From Heterodontus francisci (taxonomy: Eukaryota): DNA of 64,000 nucleotides. The translations under genes were made by a program, and so were the position numbers. Shown piece by piece: positions 63,189 through 64,000 of the stretch. The notes below the pieces were generated by a model. It was not told the origin of the DNA. It ran no database searches and saw nothing but the letters and a program-made list of their open reading frames with translations. Numbering within the stretch: the stretch's first letter is position 1; every line of letters starts with the position of its first letter. The DNA is taken from contig NC_090404.1 in assembly GCF_036365525.1 (NCBI RefSeq), positions 3,906,001 to 3,970,000 on the forward strand, read 5' to 3'.

Positions 63189-63517
63189 TGTAGTGAGTGT
63201 ACTTTTTAGACATGTCAACAGCTGGTGTATTTTTTCCTGAGATTTCGTCTCACTCCTTTCCTTATTATCTAGCTAGGAGGCTGTGCAGATTTCAGGCAAT
63301 ACCATTGCATGCTGTTGATATCCGAGCTGTATATTCATAATCTAATGGCAAGAATCCACTTCTGACACAGGTGCTGTCACCGGAAATGGGGTTAGTATAT
63401 CAACACATAGTCCACCTGAACAAAAGAACAGGAGGTTAGACAGGCTCAATCTAAACTTGCCTCTAATAAGTCCGTGTAACTTCTCATCTACCCTGCAGAT
63501 CATCATATGAATGTTTG

Positions 63518-64000
63518 CATAAGAACATACGATTGAGGAGCAGAAGTAGGCCACCAGGCCCCTCGAACCTGTTCCACCATTCAACAAGGTCATGGCTGAT
63601 CTGTTTGTAACCTTAACTCCACATTCCCGCCTCGGTTGTCCAGTATCAATCTACCTCTGTCTCAAAAATACTCAAAGACTCTGCTCTACTGCCTTCTGAG
63701 GAAGATAATTCCAAAGACTCACAACCCTCTGAAAGAAAAAAAGGTCTCCTCATCTCTGTCTTAAATGGGCAACCCCTTGTTTTTAAACAGTGACCCCTAG
63801 TTACAGATTCTTCCACAAGAGGAAAGATCCTTTCCACATCCACCCTGTCAAGCACCCGTAGGATCTTCTATGTTTCAATCAAGTAGCCTCATACTTTTCT
63901 AACCGCCAGCGGATGCAAACCTAGCCTATCCAATCTTTCCTCATAAGACAAACAGCTCATTCCAGGCAATAGTCTAGTTCACCTTCTCTGAACCTTCTTC
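63518..64000 (-). mobile_element. CR1 3' fragment
   Basis: cataagaacata tail; LDRVDVERIFPLV. Confidence 0.85.

Noticed and set aside
243-63855. Most short ORFs in the six-frame track
   Set aside because: Antisense or off-frame translations of LINEs, SINEs and simple repeats

Overview
Vertebrate genomic DNA, almost certainly from a cartilaginous fish (shark), judged by HE1-like V-SINEs, a SacSINE1-like DeuSINE, abundant CR1 LINEs and a GPR139-like GPCR. Bases ~4.5-41 kb hold a cluster of about 15 unrearranged T-cell receptor alpha/delta-type V segments or relics, each a split leader plus V exon followed by a 23-bp-spacer RSS. I found no 12-RSS D/J segment and no constant exon. Two V genes look fully intact (4569-5625 and 29433-29890). 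Three have an open V exon but a defective RSS or leader (15296, 35402, 40480), and the rest are pseudogenes. A diverged inverted segmental duplication (arms ~1.6-12.4 kb and ~21.3-28.25 kb) produced opposite-orientation V paralogues and reveals the empty sites of several LINE insertions and deletions. Beyond the V cluster lie nested retroelements (a near full-length CR1 with zinc-finger/esterase ORF1, Penelope and Harbinger remnants) and an intact two-exon 326-aa GPR139-like GPCR gene (57048-59870, minus). Less obvious signals: Penelope-type minimal hammerhead ribozyme motifs, several lesions at RSSs, a CCAAT box ~130 bp upstream of V leaders of different families, a 22-bp CRE-bearing array, a 47-bp minisatellite that becomes a 141-bp higher-order repeat, and a GPCR intron repeat that amplifies its own splice donor. 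All alignments were done by eye, so boundaries are approximate.
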